From Pseudomonadota bacterium (GTDB taxonomy: Bacteria; Pseudomonadota; Alphaproteobacteria; Paracaedibacterales; CAIOTO01): a DNA stretch of 64,000 nucleotides. A model generated the notes under the pieces. It worked only from the letters and a program-made list of their open reading frames with translations, did not search any database and was not told where the DNA came from. This document shows positions 9,920 to 20,043 of the stretch, one piece after another (within the stretch, counting starts at the first letter, position 1; the number at the start of each line of letters is the position of its first letter). The stretch is from the NCBI GenBank assembly GCA_040387495.1, contig JAZKDQ010000013.1:21289-85288 (forward strand), in the 5' to 3' direction. The position numbers and the translations under genes are program-made.

Positions 9920-11415
9920 GCATGCACCGAATTACCATTCGCCACATAAGGTGCATCATCCCATAATGCGTCAAGTTGTGCTGGCAATGCGGCCGCCCAA
10001 TACGTAATGGTACCTGCCCCCATACATACAACCATGTCACCCGCTTGCGCAATACGACGAACGAGCAAAGCCAATTCACGTTGTTCAGCCAGTTCATACA
10101 CATAAGGCACGCCGGCATCACGCATAGCTTGTGCTAGATGAGCAGAATCAATACCCTGAATCGGCTCTTCACCAGCCGAATAAACAGGTGCCACGATTAC
10201 GTGATCACAGCCATCAAAGCTGTGCGCAAAATCATTAAACAGATCGTTCAAGCGTGAGTAACGATGCGGTTGCACAACAAAAATTGTCTTACCATCAGGG
10301 CATGCTTGCTTTGCCGCCTTTACAACAGTCTTAATTTCAACGGGGTGGTGTGCATAGTCATCAATCACAGTAACACCGCCTGAAACGCCAACCTGTGTAA
10401 AGCGACGCTTAACGCCTTTAAAGTTTGCAAATGCCTGGCGAATAATATCATCACTAATACCAAGTTCTTGGGCAACCACAACCAATGATAGTGCATTTTG
10501 TACGTTGTGCAGCCCCATCATTGGCAATTTCACGTCACGAATTCTTCTGGGAAAACCCAATACATTTGATTGATCAGATTTGAAATGCAATGCCAGGTCA
10601 GGCGCCATATCAACATCAAATGTTACGCCACACGCATTTGGACGAATATTTACAGCGCGCACCATAGCGCCTTCTTCCAAGCCATAGCTTACAAGGCGCC
10701 TATCAGTGATTTTAGTCAGCAAACCAGCAACAACTGGATGATCTGAACACAAAACGCCAACGCCATAAAAAGGCATGTTGTGAATAAACTTAACGAAAGA
10801 TGCTTCAAGGTTTTCCACGGTTTTATAATATTCCATGTGCTCTGGATCAATATTAGTAACCACAGCTATGGTGGGAAGGAGTTTCATGAAACTGCCATCG
10901 GACTCGTCTGCCTCGACAACAATCCACTCACTAGTACCAAGACGTGCATTTGTGTTGTATGCATTTAAAATGCCGCCGTTTACAACCGTTGGGTCAAGCC
11001 CGGCCGTTTCAAATAAACATGCCATCAATGATGTTGTGGTTGTTTTGCCATGAGTACCCGCAATCGCAACTGATTTTTTAAGGCGCATTAGTTCGGCCAA
11101 CATTTCAGCACGTTGAATCACAGGGATACGGAGCTCTTTCGCGCGCATAATTTCTGGATTGGTCTGTTTAATAGCAGACGATACAACAACCACCAAACAA
11201 TCATTAACATTGTCAGCATTATGACCAGCAGTTATCTGAACACCAAGGCCAGCCAATCGTTGTGTATTTTGATTCTCGCCCGCATCAGAGCCTGTTACTT
11301 TGTAACCAAGATTGTGCAGAACTTCGGCAATACCACTCATCCCAATACCACCTATTCCAATAAAGTGGATTGCTTTTTGTGTTTTGTTTGGGAATATACC
11401 GAGTGGGTTATTCAT
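9916..11415 (-). CDS. murC: UDP-N-acetylmuramate--L-alanine ligase
   Basis: 499-aa ORF with IHFIGIGGIGMSGIAEVL, the GTHGKTTTTSL P-loop and Mur ligase middle and C-terminal domains (DDYAHHPVEI). Confidence 0.95.
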   Translation of the reverse strand: MNNPLGIFPNKTQKAIHFIGIGGIGMSGIAEVLHNLGYKVTGSDAGENQNTQRLAGLGVQITAGHNADNVNDCLVVVVSSAIKQTNPEIMRAKELRIPVIQRAEMLAELMRLKKSVAIAGTHGKTTTTSLMACLFETAGLDPTVVNGGILNAYNTNARLGTSEWIVVEADESDGSFMKLLPTIAVVTNIDPEHMEYYKTVENLEASFVKFIHNMPFYGVGVLCSDHPVVAGLLTKITDRRLVSYGLEEGAMVRAVNIRPNACGVTFDVDMAPDLALHFKSDQSNVLGFPRRIRDVKLPMMGLHNVQNALSLVVVAQELGISDDIIRQAFANFKGVKRRFTQVGVSGGVTVIDDYAHHPVEIKTVVKAAKQACPDGKTIFVVQPHRYSRLNDLFNDFAHSFDGCDHVIVAPVYSAGEEPIQGIDSAHLAQAMRDAGVPYVYELAEQRELALLVRRIAQAGDMVVCMGAGTITYWAAALPAQLDALWDDAPYVANGNSVHA

Positions 11416-11471
11416 GGAGTCTCCTGTTATGTTTATTGTTGTGTTGTTGAAGCGACAATTAAAAAAGAACC

Positions 11472-11639
11472 GTCATCAGGAGCAAGACTCTGTAGTCATC
11501 CAAGACTCTCTTTAGCATCGTTCAGACTTGATCCGAAGATCCATGCTCGAACAAAGATATTGCTCAAAGATGATCCTCTGGTTGAACTAGAGGAAAATCT
11601 AATGAACTGGATGACCACGCCTTCTGGGCTTGTCATGAC
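11472..11639. repeat. MITE-like palindromic element, copy 2 (inside the murG-murC spacer)
   Basis: The left arm is gtcatcaggagcaagactctgtagtcatccaag. The right arm in reverse is gtcatgacaagcccagaaggcgtggtcatccag. The same arm family occurs at 17976, 32788 and 33503. Confidence 0.7.
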
Positions 11640-11698
11640 GGAAAGATTCGTAAAAAATATTATATAACCAAGTTATACTTCTATATCGATAGCAAAGA

Positions 11699-12826
11699 TT
11701 AGGTGGTTTCTGCAACTATCTTCCACACATTTTTAGCAGCCTCCGGATGCGCAAATTGACGAATAGCCTTTGCTTTCTCGGCAAGCTCGTTTGAATTCTC
11801 CAAATGCTCTTTTAAAAACTGCGCAAGTTTATCAGGTGTTATACTTGTCTCACGCTTAACCCACGCCGCATTAGCGGCAACTAAATGTGCTGCATTTTGC
11901 GCCTGATCACCTTCTGCTGAACCGTAAAAAGGTACAAACAACATTGGTTTCCCTGCAATAGCTACTTCAGCCACCGTTGACGCACCTGACCTTCCAATAA
12001 CAAGATGGGCATCTTTGTAGTACTTTTCAATAGGCGATAAAAATGTTTTTAAATGAACCTTGCAACGCGTGCCTTTATACGCAAGTTCGGTATCCTCCAT
12101 TTGTGGCGGCCTGCATTGCTGGGTAATAACAAGACGCTTTTGCATTTCTGGGGGAAGTTTATGAATGGTTTCAGGCAATAGAGCAGAAAAAATCTTTGCA
12201 CCCTGACTGCCGCCTACAACAAGAATATTAAAACGTTCATCAGGTGCTGGCGCTGTATAGACATCATTCATCAGTTCACATACACCACTACGAACAGGAT
12301 TTCCTGTTACATGAAAGCGTGTATCAACAAATGCCCCTTCAGCAAGAGGAAATGACAAAGCTATTTTCTTTGCTTTTTTAAGCAACAAACGATTCGCTTT
12401 CCCTAAAAACGCGTTTCCTTCGTGTAACACAGTTGGAATGCCCATCCATTGAGCTGCAAAAACACATGGAAAAGATGGGTAGCCACCAAACCCAACCACA
12501 ACAGCAGGACGCGTTTTGCGTAACCAGAAAAAGCATTTAAGAATTTGAAACCCTAAACTAAAAGGATAAACGAGTCGCCCGAAAAGCCAATGGTTTCTAA
12601 CAATTGTGCAGACAAATGATGGCTTTCTGTCGTGATGTTTAAAAAAAACAACGCCACGCGTATCTGTAACAAGCAAAGCCTTGTGGCCAGCTTTTTCAAT
12701 TTCATCAGCAAGGCTCAATGCTGGAAAAAGATGACCGCCTGTGCCACCACCGGAAAGAACATATGTGCGTGGTTGTGGGTAAGTATCATCTGAGGGCGGA
12801 GTGGATGAGAAGAGCTTTGTACTCAT
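11699..12826 (-). CDS. murG: Undecaprenyldiphospho-muramoylpentapeptide beta-N-acetylglucosaminyltransferase
   Basis: 375-aa ORF with GGGTGGHLFPALSLADE, the GT28 N- and C-domains and GRSGASTVAEVAIAGKP. Confidence 0.95.
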   Translation of the reverse strand: MSTKLFSSTPPSDDTYPQPRTYVLSGGGTGGHLFPALSLADEIEKAGHKALLVTDTRGVVFFKHHDRKPSFVCTIVRNHWLFGRLVYPFSLGFQILKCFFWLRKTRPAVVVGFGGYPSFPCVFAAQWMGIPTVLHEGNAFLGKANRLLLKKAKKIALSFPLAEGAFVDTRFHVTGNPVRSGVCELMNDVYTAPAPDERFNILVVGGSQGAKIFSALLPETIHKLPPEMQKRLVITQQCRPPQMEDTELAYKGTRCKVHLKTFLSPIEKYYKDAHLVIGRSGASTVAEVAIAGKPMLFVPFYGSAEGDQAQNAAHLVAANAAWVKRETSITPDKLAQFLKEHLENSNELAEKAKAIRQFAHPEAAKNVWKIVAETT

Positions 12827-13102
12827 AAAATTTCATTCTTATGTAAGATTCATTAAATTATAGCAAAGACACACTGCTTATTACAAGTTCCTGGTTTGCT
12901 TCGATTTTTCATTTTTCTTCAATCTGAGTGGCCGCAAAAATAGCTTCTGCTTACCAAGCTCTCTGTATAAAGTATTTCTTATGTTCTGTTGCTATGCAAC
13001 CTTATGGGTGCTCATTTAGAAAACCATTCGTAAACCTACTTGATTTATCAAAAAACATAACCATATCTAATTTATATATTTTAAAACCAAAGGATTTCTA
13101 TA

Positions 13103-14905
13103 GTGCATTTTTTAAAAACATGTTTGTTATTATCAACGGGAATTATTGCGCATACATGGGCAGCCACGCTACCAGAAGACTTGGGTAATAAAAATCCTCT
13201 TTATGCAACCATGTCTGACGCGCCAGGAACTTTAGATACAGCGAGACAAAAAGAAGATGGCTCTAGTTTAATCGCTATTCTTTCAAATGATGATACTGAC
13301 TTATCAACAGATATAATTGCACGTTCAAAAGAACGAGAAGATTGTTTGAATCCTCTGGAATTTGCGCTCGCTATTATTCATGATCGTATTGAAACAAACC
13401 AAAAATTTAAAAGTGATCTTACCGAACCAACCGTTCCTGCTAAAGATAGACTTATTGCGTATCTTAAGAAAACAAATGATCAAAATCAGATTGCAAGAAT
13501 AGAGAAAAAATCTAACGATGAAGCATATTTATTGGAGGAAATTAGTGGATACGACGAAAGTATTGATTGCGATATAGATGTCTACGCTGACATGAAAAAC
13601 CTTTTATTATGCATTAAAAATGAAGCAAGTTCGCTTAATATAGAATCCGCTTATACCTATGTTCTTGCTTACCATAAAAGAGAGTTACATGTATTTACCA
13701 AATTAGCGATCAGAGGAGATGATGAGTTTCATGACTCCCCTTACCATAAAAAAATATGTGATTTGATTTTAAAAATACCGCAACAAGGTTCCATTTTACC
13801 TCAGAACTTAGAAGAATTCGGAATGCTTGTGTACGAGTGTCTTGATGTGGAAAGCTCTGTGTCGGGTCACAAGTTATTTCTTAATAAAGATAAAATTTCT
13901 GATTTTCTTGATCAACACTGTATCAACTATTTTGACAGTCAAATAGCAGAACAAAAAAGACAATTCGCCTTGCTATCACAAATGATAACTAATGTCGAAA
14001 ATAAGCAATCACCAAAGTACAAAAATATTCTCAAAAATATTGCAAAGTCGCAATCCGATCTTTCTTCCATTAAGCAATCTCAGTCTATAATTGAAATAAA
14101 AACAACAACAGTGTTTTCATACTTAAAGAATGCTGCACTAGATAAAGCTCTTAAAGAAAGAAGGGTAGAGCTGGAAAGTCAAGATTTTCATAAATGCATA
14201 CATTCTCTTTACATAAATATGTATTTAAAGACAAAATTATTAATAATCGACAATTTATCATCAGAAATTGAAAAAGTTAGCACAGAATATAAAAAGATAC
14301 AACACAATGCAGATTTGTTACCGAAAAAAGAAAAGAAAGTGCAAGAAAGGCCAGCAGAAATACTAGAGACAAAGGCTTTAACAGAGATGGCAGGACCAGA
14401 GATCAAAGAATCAGAAATAATTATACATGAATCTAACGAATCTATAATAAAAGGATTAATTGCTTATCCAAAGCCAATTCGAGCAATTCGTGCTAAACCT
14501 TATGCAAAATCAGCCCAAGAAACCCTAGCCAAACCTGCTGCAAAAGATGCCCTGACTATGAACCTCAAAGAACATAACATTAATACATATTTTCAAACAT
14601 ATAAAGATGATACTACCGATTTCATATCAAGGATAGAAACACTTCGCCAAATAGATATGAACGACGGTGTTGCAAGCTATCTTGACTTTCTTGACTACTA
14701 TGGCTTCAAAGGCACTCATTCAGTAGAAGGCAAAAAACGCGCGTTTTCAATTGAATCGCCAAAAACAGGGGTTTTGATCGCAAAAACGTATCATAGAGCT
14801 CACAAAGGATCAGAGGAAAAGAGATGGCCTTCATGGCGCTGCGCATTACATGATTTACTTGTTGCAGCACAAATAATTGCTGGCGTTGTTCACGATCGAT
14901 ACTAA
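13103..14905 (+). CDS. Secreted protein of unknown function
   Basis: 600-aa ORF with a GTG start and leader MHFLKTCLLLSTGIIAHTWA. AT-rich and mostly helical or low-complexity. No family was recognised except a weak HicA-like pattern in the last ~70 aa. Confidence 0.6.
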   Translation: MHFLKTCLLLSTGIIAHTWAATLPEDLGNKNPLYATMSDAPGTLDTARQKEDGSSLIAILSNDDTDLSTDIIARSKEREDCLNPLEFALAIIHDRIETNQKFKSDLTEPTVPAKDRLIAYLKKTNDQNQIARIEKKSNDEAYLLEEISGYDESIDCDIDVYADMKNLLLCIKNEASSLNIESAYTYVLAYHKRELHVFTKLAIRGDDEFHDSPYHKKICDLILKIPQQGSILPQNLEEFGMLVYECLDVESSVSGHKLFLNKDKISDFLDQHCINYFDSQIAEQKRQFALLSQMITNVENKQSPKYKNILKNIAKSQSDLSSIKQSQSIIEIKTTTVFSYLKNAALDKALKERRVELESQDFHKCIHSLYINMYLKTKLLIIDNLSSEIEKVSTEYKKIQHNADLLPKKEKKVQERPAEILETKALTEMAGPEIKESEIIIHESNESIIKGLIAYPKPIRAIRAKPYAKSAQETLAKPAAKDALTMNLKEHNINTYFQTYKDDTTDFISRIETLRQIDMNDGVASYLDFLDYYGFKGTHSVEGKKRAFSIESPKTGVLIAKTYHRAHKGSEEKRWPSWRCALHDLLVAAQIIAGVVHDRY

Positions 14906-14978
14906 ATTGAAGAAAGTGATAAATGTAATATTGTGAAGCTTTGTTTTTTTGACCAAACAATGAGCTCGAGATGGAGTC

Positions 14979-15011
14979 AGGGCTTCTGCAGTAAACTCTT
15001 TTGCCCTTTTT
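14979..15011 (+). terminator. Weak terminator candidate
   Basis: AGGGC / GCCCT stem with a long 19-nt loop, followed by TTTTTCG. Confidence 0.3.
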
Positions 15012-15072
15012 CGCCAAATATGATACTTTACAAGGATAATACACATTGACAATTTAATAGATAGGCTTCCAC

Positions 15073-16983
15073 ATGTTTCAAGTGGCTTTAAAAGACGGTT
15101 CCGTGCGTGAATTTGATGGTGCAGTGAATGCGTTGGCTGTTGCACAAAATATTTCCCCTCGTTTAGCGAAGGAGGCCGTTGCAGCGCGCGTTAATGGTGA
15201 ACTCTGGGATTTAACGCGAACATTGCCTGAAAATGCGACCCTTGAAATTGTAACTCGCAGTGAGGCTGACGGCCTGGAGATCATTCGTCATGACACAGCG
15301 CATGTACTGGCAGAAGCCGTTAAGGAATTGTATCCTTCCGCGCAAATCACCATTGGGCCATCCATTGAAAATGGTTTCTATTACGATATTTTTAGTGAAA
15401 AGCCATTCACATTAGATGATCTAACTAAGATCGAAGCCAAGATGCACGCGATCATTAAACGTGATGAACCATTCACACGTGAAGAATGGGATCGTGAAGA
15501 AGCAATTAAGTTCTTCAAATCCATTGGTGAGCATTTTAAAGCAGAGATTATCGAGAGTATCCCTGCTGATCAAACAATCACACTCTACCGTCAAGGGAAC
15601 TTTATTGACCTGTGTCGTGGGCCACATTTGCCATCCACCGGTCGTATTGGCAGTGCATTCAAATTGATGAAATTAGCAGGTGCGTATTGGCGCGGCGATA
15701 GCAAAAACCCAATGTTGCAACGTATTTACGGCACGGCGTGGGCTAATGATGCTCAGCTGAAAGAACATTTATTCCAATTGGAAGAAGCCGAAAAGCGTGA
15801 CCACCGCCGTCTGGGCGCCGAACTTGGATTGTTCCACATTCAAGAAGAAGCCATAGGCAGTGTGTTCTGGCATCCAAAGGGCTGGCGTTTGTACCGCGCA
15901 CTTGAAACATTTGTGCGTGCGCGTCTTGAAAAGAATGATTACTTGGAAGTTAAAACACCGCAATTGCTTGATCGCAAATTGTGGGAAGAATCAGGTCACT
16001 GGGATATGTATGGCCATGCCATGTTTACCGTTGAATCAGAAGACCGCACCTTGGCCGTAAAACCGATGAGCTGCCCATGTCATGTGCAGATTTTTAAACA
16101 AGGTATTAAAAGTTATCGTGACTTGCCGCTGCGTATGGCTGAATTTGGCAGCTGTCACCGCAATGAACCATCAGGATCATTGCATGGTATTATGCGTGTG
16201 CGCGCCTTTACACAAGACGATGCCCATATTTTTTGTACACCAGAGCAAATCATTACTGAAACAAAAGCGTTTTGTGATCTGTTGCAAAGTATGTACAAAG
16301 ATCTTGGTTTTACGGATGTACGTGTGAAATTCTCAGATCGGCCAGAAAAGCGCGCCGGTACAGACGAAGTGTGGGATCAAGCAGAACAAGCATTGATTGA
16401 AGCATCAACGGCAGCAGGGCTAAGTTATGAGTTAAACCCAGGCGAAGGCGCATTTTATGGCCCTAAACTTGAATTCGTTTTGCGTGATAGCATTGGCCGT
16501 GATTGGCAGTGCGGAACGTTGCAGGTGGACTTTGTATTGCCTGAACGTCTTGATGCTACGTATGTAGGTGAAGATGGCAAGCGTCACCGTCCTGTTATGT
16601 TGCACCGCGCTATTTTGGGATCATTCGAACGCTTTATTGGTGTGCTGATTGAACATTACGCAGGCAATTTCCCTTTGTGGTTGGCGCCAACACAAGTAGT
16701 TGTGGCAAGTGTCACGACTGAGGCAAATGAATACGCTATGAAACTTCATCAACAGTTAAAAGCGGCTGGTTTGTCAGTAGAACTTGATGATCGAAACGAG
16801 AAAATTAGCTATAAAATACGCGAGCATTCGTTACAAAAGGTGCCGTACATTTTGGCAGTTGGTAAACGCGAGGCCGAAGAAGGAACAGTTTCCGTACGTC
16901 GCTTTGGATCGACTGATCAAACAGCCGAATCATTCGAGACATTTTTAGCAAATGCGTGCATTGAAGCCAAGATGCCCGTGTAA
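15073..16983 (+). CDS. thrS: Threonine--tRNA ligase
   Basis: 636-aa ORF with an N-terminal TGS domain ([13 protein letters not shown]), editing-domain HDTAHVLA, class II core motifs (FRNE-like [21 protein letters not shown]) and an anticodon-binding C-terminus. Confidence 0.97.
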   Translation: MFQVALKDGSVREFDGAVNALAVAQNISPRLAKEAVAARVNGELWDLTRTLPENATLEIVTRSEADGLEIIRHDTAHVLAEAVKELYPSAQITIGPSIENGFYYDIFSEKPFTLDDLTKIEAKMHAIIKRDEPFTREEWDREEAIKFFKSIGEHFKAEIIESIPADQTITLYRQGNFIDLCRGPHLPSTGRIGSAFKLMKLAGAYWRGDSKNPMLQRIYGTAWANDAQLKEHLFQLEEAEKRDHRRLGAELGLFHIQEEAIGSVFWHPKGWRLYRALETFVRARLEKNDYLEVKTPQLLDRKLWEESGHWDMYGHAMFTVESEDRTLAVKPMSCPCHVQIFKQGIKSYRDLPLRMAEFGSCHRNEPSGSLHGIMRVRAFTQDDAHIFCTPEQIITETKAFCDLLQSMYKDLGFTDVRVKFSDRPEKRAGTDEVWDQAEQALIEASTAAGLSYELNPGEGAFYGPKLEFVLRDSIGRDWQCGTLQVDFVLPERLDATYVGEDGKRHRPVMLHRAILGSFERFIGVLIEHYAGNFPLWLAPTQVVVASVTTEANEYAMKLHQQLKAAGLSVELDDRNEKISYKIREHSLQKVPYILAVGKREAEEGTVSVRRFGSTDQTAESFETFLANACIEAKMPV

Positions 16984-17017
16984 GCACATTTAAAAACACA
17001 CAAACAATGGAACTTTT

Positions 17018-17965
17018 ATGACATTTACTTTTGTATTCCCAGGCCAAGGCTCACAAGCAATCAATATGGGGCGCGACCTGTATGATAATTTTAAATCTGC
17101 CCGTCTTGTGATGGACGAAGTCGAAGAGGCCTTGCAAGAAAAACTTTCGCGCACAATGTTTGAAGGTCCCAACGATACGTTAATGTTGACCGAAAATACG
17201 CAGCCCGCATTACTAACGGCAAGTATAATGGCCTTTCGTGTCATTATGGAAGAGACAAAAAATACTTCTGCCACATTATCGCCCATGATGGCTGGGCATT
17301 CCTTAGGTGAATATTCGGCGCTGTGCGCGGCGGGCTATTTAAGTTTGACGGATGCTGTGCGATTGGTTCGTTTGCGCGGACGTGCCATGCAAGAGGCAGT
17401 TCCCGTTGGTGTTGGCGCCATGGCGGCTATTTTGGGGCTTGATCTGCCTGTGGTTGAATCATTGCTGGATGGCTTTAATCAACCTGATAATTTTTGCGGT
17501 GTCGCCAATGACAACAGTCCTGGACAAGTGGTAATCAGTGGTCACAAAGATGCCGTAGATGATGTCATTAAACGTGCACTTGAAGCCGGCGCAAAGCGTG
17601 GTTTATTGTTGCCAGTCAGTGCGCCATTTCACAGCCCATTAATGGAACCAGCTGCACGCGTGATGGAAGATGCACTGAATAAAACAACGATTCATGATGG
17701 CACAAGTCAGATCGTTGCGAACATAACCGCGATGCCATTGGTTGGAAAAGAATTTATCGTGCCATCGCTGGTGTCACAAATCACAGGTCGCGTGCGTTGG
17801 TGTGAAAGCGTCACACATATGAAACAGCTGGGTACGACAACGTTTGTGGAATTGGGTTCGGGCAAAGTACTTGCAGGCTTGATCAAACGAATTAAACCGG
17901 ATGTGGCAGCAATTTCAGTGCAAAATGCGGCAGATGTGGGTGCGTTTTTAGAGATGCTGGGGTAA
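17018..17965 (+). CDS. fabD: Malonyl-CoA:ACP transacylase
   Basis: 315-aa ORF with FVFPGQGSQ, the active-site GHSLGEYSAL and VSAPFHSPLM. Confidence 0.95.
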   Translation: MTFTFVFPGQGSQAINMGRDLYDNFKSARLVMDEVEEALQEKLSRTMFEGPNDTLMLTENTQPALLTASIMAFRVIMEETKNTSATLSPMMAGHSLGEYSALCAAGYLSLTDAVRLVRLRGRAMQEAVPVGVGAMAAILGLDLPVVESLLDGFNQPDNFCGVANDNSPGQVVISGHKDAVDDVIKRALEAGAKRGLLLPVSAPFHSPLMEPAARVMEDALNKTTIHDGTSQIVANITAMPLVGKEFIVPSLVSQITGRVRWCESVTHMKQLGTTTFVELGSGKVLAGLIKRIKPDVAAISVQNAADVGAFLEMLG

Positions 17966-17975
17966 AATATACAAA

Positions 17976-18053
17976 GTCATTGCGAGCCTCAAAGAGGCGT
18001 GGCAATCTAGAACAATCTGGGTTACCACGTTGTCTTCAACTCTTCATGATGAC
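17976..18053. repeat. MITE-like palindromic element, copy 3 (short form)
   Basis: The left arm is gtcattgcgagcctcaaagaggcgtggcaatctag. The right arm in reverse is gtcatcatgaagagttgaagacaacgtggtaac. Confidence 0.7.
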
Positions 18054-18079
18054 AGCAAAAAGAAAAAATTAAAAACACC

Positions 18080-18799
18080 ATGATCCTCTTCGCTGAAATC
18101 CCTTTAACCAGTAAAACACCCGAACAAATTTCGGCAAGTGTTCCCATCTATATACGTGAACGCAAAGGGTCAAGTCGCATCACCATGTCGTTTTCCACAA
18201 AAGAACGCCACGTCGTCGTCAGTGCGCCCAAACGCACAACGAAAACATTTTTGCATGATTTTATCACGACGCATACTGGCTGGATTGAAAAGCAAGTTTC
18301 AAAACATGGTGCTGTTGCTAAGGTATTTGCACCAGGCGTGATTGTGCCATACAAGGGTAAGCCCCACACGCTCACCCATGAAGAATCCAACAAAGTACTT
18401 GTAAAACCTGACGGAGATTCATTCTTTGTGCGTGCCGCAAGCACACGCATTGATACGCATGTCAGGCGTTGGTTACTCAAACAATCCACGGATGCATGCA
18501 CTACGGCCAGTCTACATTTTGCAAAAGCACTCAACGTCACCGTTGCGAAAATCACAATGAAAGCGATGCATACGCGCTGGGGTAGTTGTTCGTCCGCTGG
18601 GAATTTGAATTACAATTGGCGATTAATTTTTGCACCAGAAGAAGTGCTCATTTACGTTTGCGCCCACGAAGTCGCGCACCGCGTGCATATGAATCATTCC
18701 AAAGCCTTTTGGGATACGGTAGCAAAGGTATGCCCGGATTATGAAAAGGCCCGCATATGGCTTAAAAAAAACGGAAGTTCACTATATGCCTTTGGGTGA
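18080..18799 (+). CDS. YgjP-like (DUF45 / M48-type) metal-dependent hydrolase
   Basis: 239-aa ORF with C-terminal CAHEVAHRVHMNHSKAFW (HExxH followed by NHS..FW), characteristic of the YgjP/SprT-like family. Confidence 0.8.
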   Translation: MILFAEIPLTSKTPEQISASVPIYIRERKGSSRITMSFSTKERHVVVSAPKRTTKTFLHDFITTHTGWIEKQVSKHGAVAKVFAPGVIVPYKGKPHTLTHEESNKVLVKPDGDSFFVRAASTRIDTHVRRWLLKQSTDACTTASLHFAKALNVTVAKITMKAMHTRWGSCSSAGNLNYNWRLIFAPEEVLIYVCAHEVAHRVHMNHSKAFWDTVAKVCPDYEKARIWLKKNGSSLYAFG

Positions 18800-18908
18800 A
18801 TGAATAATAATTAACATTAGCAAACTCCTACCCTCCCTCCACTTAACCAAATATTAAACATTAGACGTTATTCTATCCGTAAGTTTCCAATTAGGATTAG
18901 GATTTAGC

Positions 18909-19982
18909 ATGGCTCCTCAAAAAACAAAAGAACAACCAAAAAAGAAACGCGTTGCATTAGCTCTTCAAGGCGGCGGCGCGCATGGTGCGTTCACGTGGGG
19001 TGTGCTTGATCGACTTTTAGAAGATGGACGTATTGAAATTGAAGGCGTAACAGGAACCAGTGCTGGCGGCATGAATGCAGTGTGTGTTGCGCAAGGTCTG
19101 GCGCGTGGTGATAACGAGACCGTACGTACTGAACTACGCGAATTTTGGACACGCATTTCTGAATCAGGTAAAAATAGCTCGCTCAATAATCGTGGCCCTA
19201 TTGATAAAGCCATGGGTAATTTTACGATGTATAATTCACCTGGCTTTATGTCGTTTGATTACTTAAGTCGTATATTCTCACCTTATGAACTAAATCCGAT
19301 GAAAAAAGACCCGCTTAAAGATGTGATCATGAAAAGCTTTGATTTCGAGCTGATCCGCACCCAAGATAAGTGCAAGGTTTACCTATGCGCAACCCATGTC
19401 TATACCGGCAAGCTTCGCATTTTTACAACCACAGAAATGCGCGTTGAAACATTGCTAGCAACAGCATGTTTGCCAACATTACATAGTGCCGTTATGGTTG
19501 ACAACGAATACTATTGGGATGGCGGGTTTATTGGAAACCCTGTGTTTTTCCCTTTGATTTATGATTGCGAAACACCTGACATCATGTTGATTCAATTGAA
19601 CCCAACAGTACGCAATCGCTTACCAACCACAGCGCGTGAAATTGCCGACCGTTTAAATGAAATTACAAATAATTCATCTGTTGTGCGCGAGATGCGTGCT
19701 ATTTCATATATTACAAGTATGATTGACAGTGGTGAATTAGATCAAAAGAAACACAAACGGTTATTTATGCACGTAATCGAAGATGAATCTGCCTTTCAAG
19801 ATCTTGGTTGGTCAAGCAAACTTAATACAGAGTGGGAATTTTTGACACATCTGTTTGAAAAAGGTCGCGCGGCTGGCGATGCTTGGCTTAAGGAAAACTT
19901 TGATTCTATTGGTGTTAAAACTACTGCAAAAATGGCTGACCATTTTGTTGGCGAAGCGTGGCATAAAAATACTAAAAAGTAA
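18909..19982 (+). CDS. Patatin-like phospholipase family protein
   Basis: 357-aa ORF with the oxyanion GGGAHGAF, the nucleophile elbow GTSAG and the catalytic Asp in YWDGGF. Confidence 0.85.
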   Translation: MAPQKTKEQPKKKRVALALQGGGAHGAFTWGVLDRLLEDGRIEIEGVTGTSAGGMNAVCVAQGLARGDNETVRTELREFWTRISESGKNSSLNNRGPIDKAMGNFTMYNSPGFMSFDYLSRIFSPYELNPMKKDPLKDVIMKSFDFELIRTQDKCKVYLCATHVYTGKLRIFTTTEMRVETLLATACLPTLHSAVMVDNEYYWDGGFIGNPVFFPLIYDCETPDIMLIQLNPTVRNRLPTTAREIADRLNEITNNSSVVREMRAISYITSMIDSGELDQKKHKRLFMHVIEDESAFQDLGWSSKLNTEWEFLTHLFEKGRAAGDAWLKENFDSIGVKTTAKMADHFVGEAWHKNTKK

Positions 19983-20043
19983 AAAAATGGACTAAAGCCC
20001 TGAAGTATTGTATGGTTGTTTAAATAATAATTTAAGCAATCAT

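Noticed and set aside
11113-11667. 184-aa and 67-aa + strand ORFs spanning the murC 5' end and the spacer
   Set aside because: They are antisense to murC and then run through the repeat element. Their composition is implausible for a protein.
12928-13188. 86-aa ORF upstream of and overlapping the start of 13103-14905
   Set aside because: It is in a different frame from the long ORF, lies in a divergent promoter region, and has no recognisable features.
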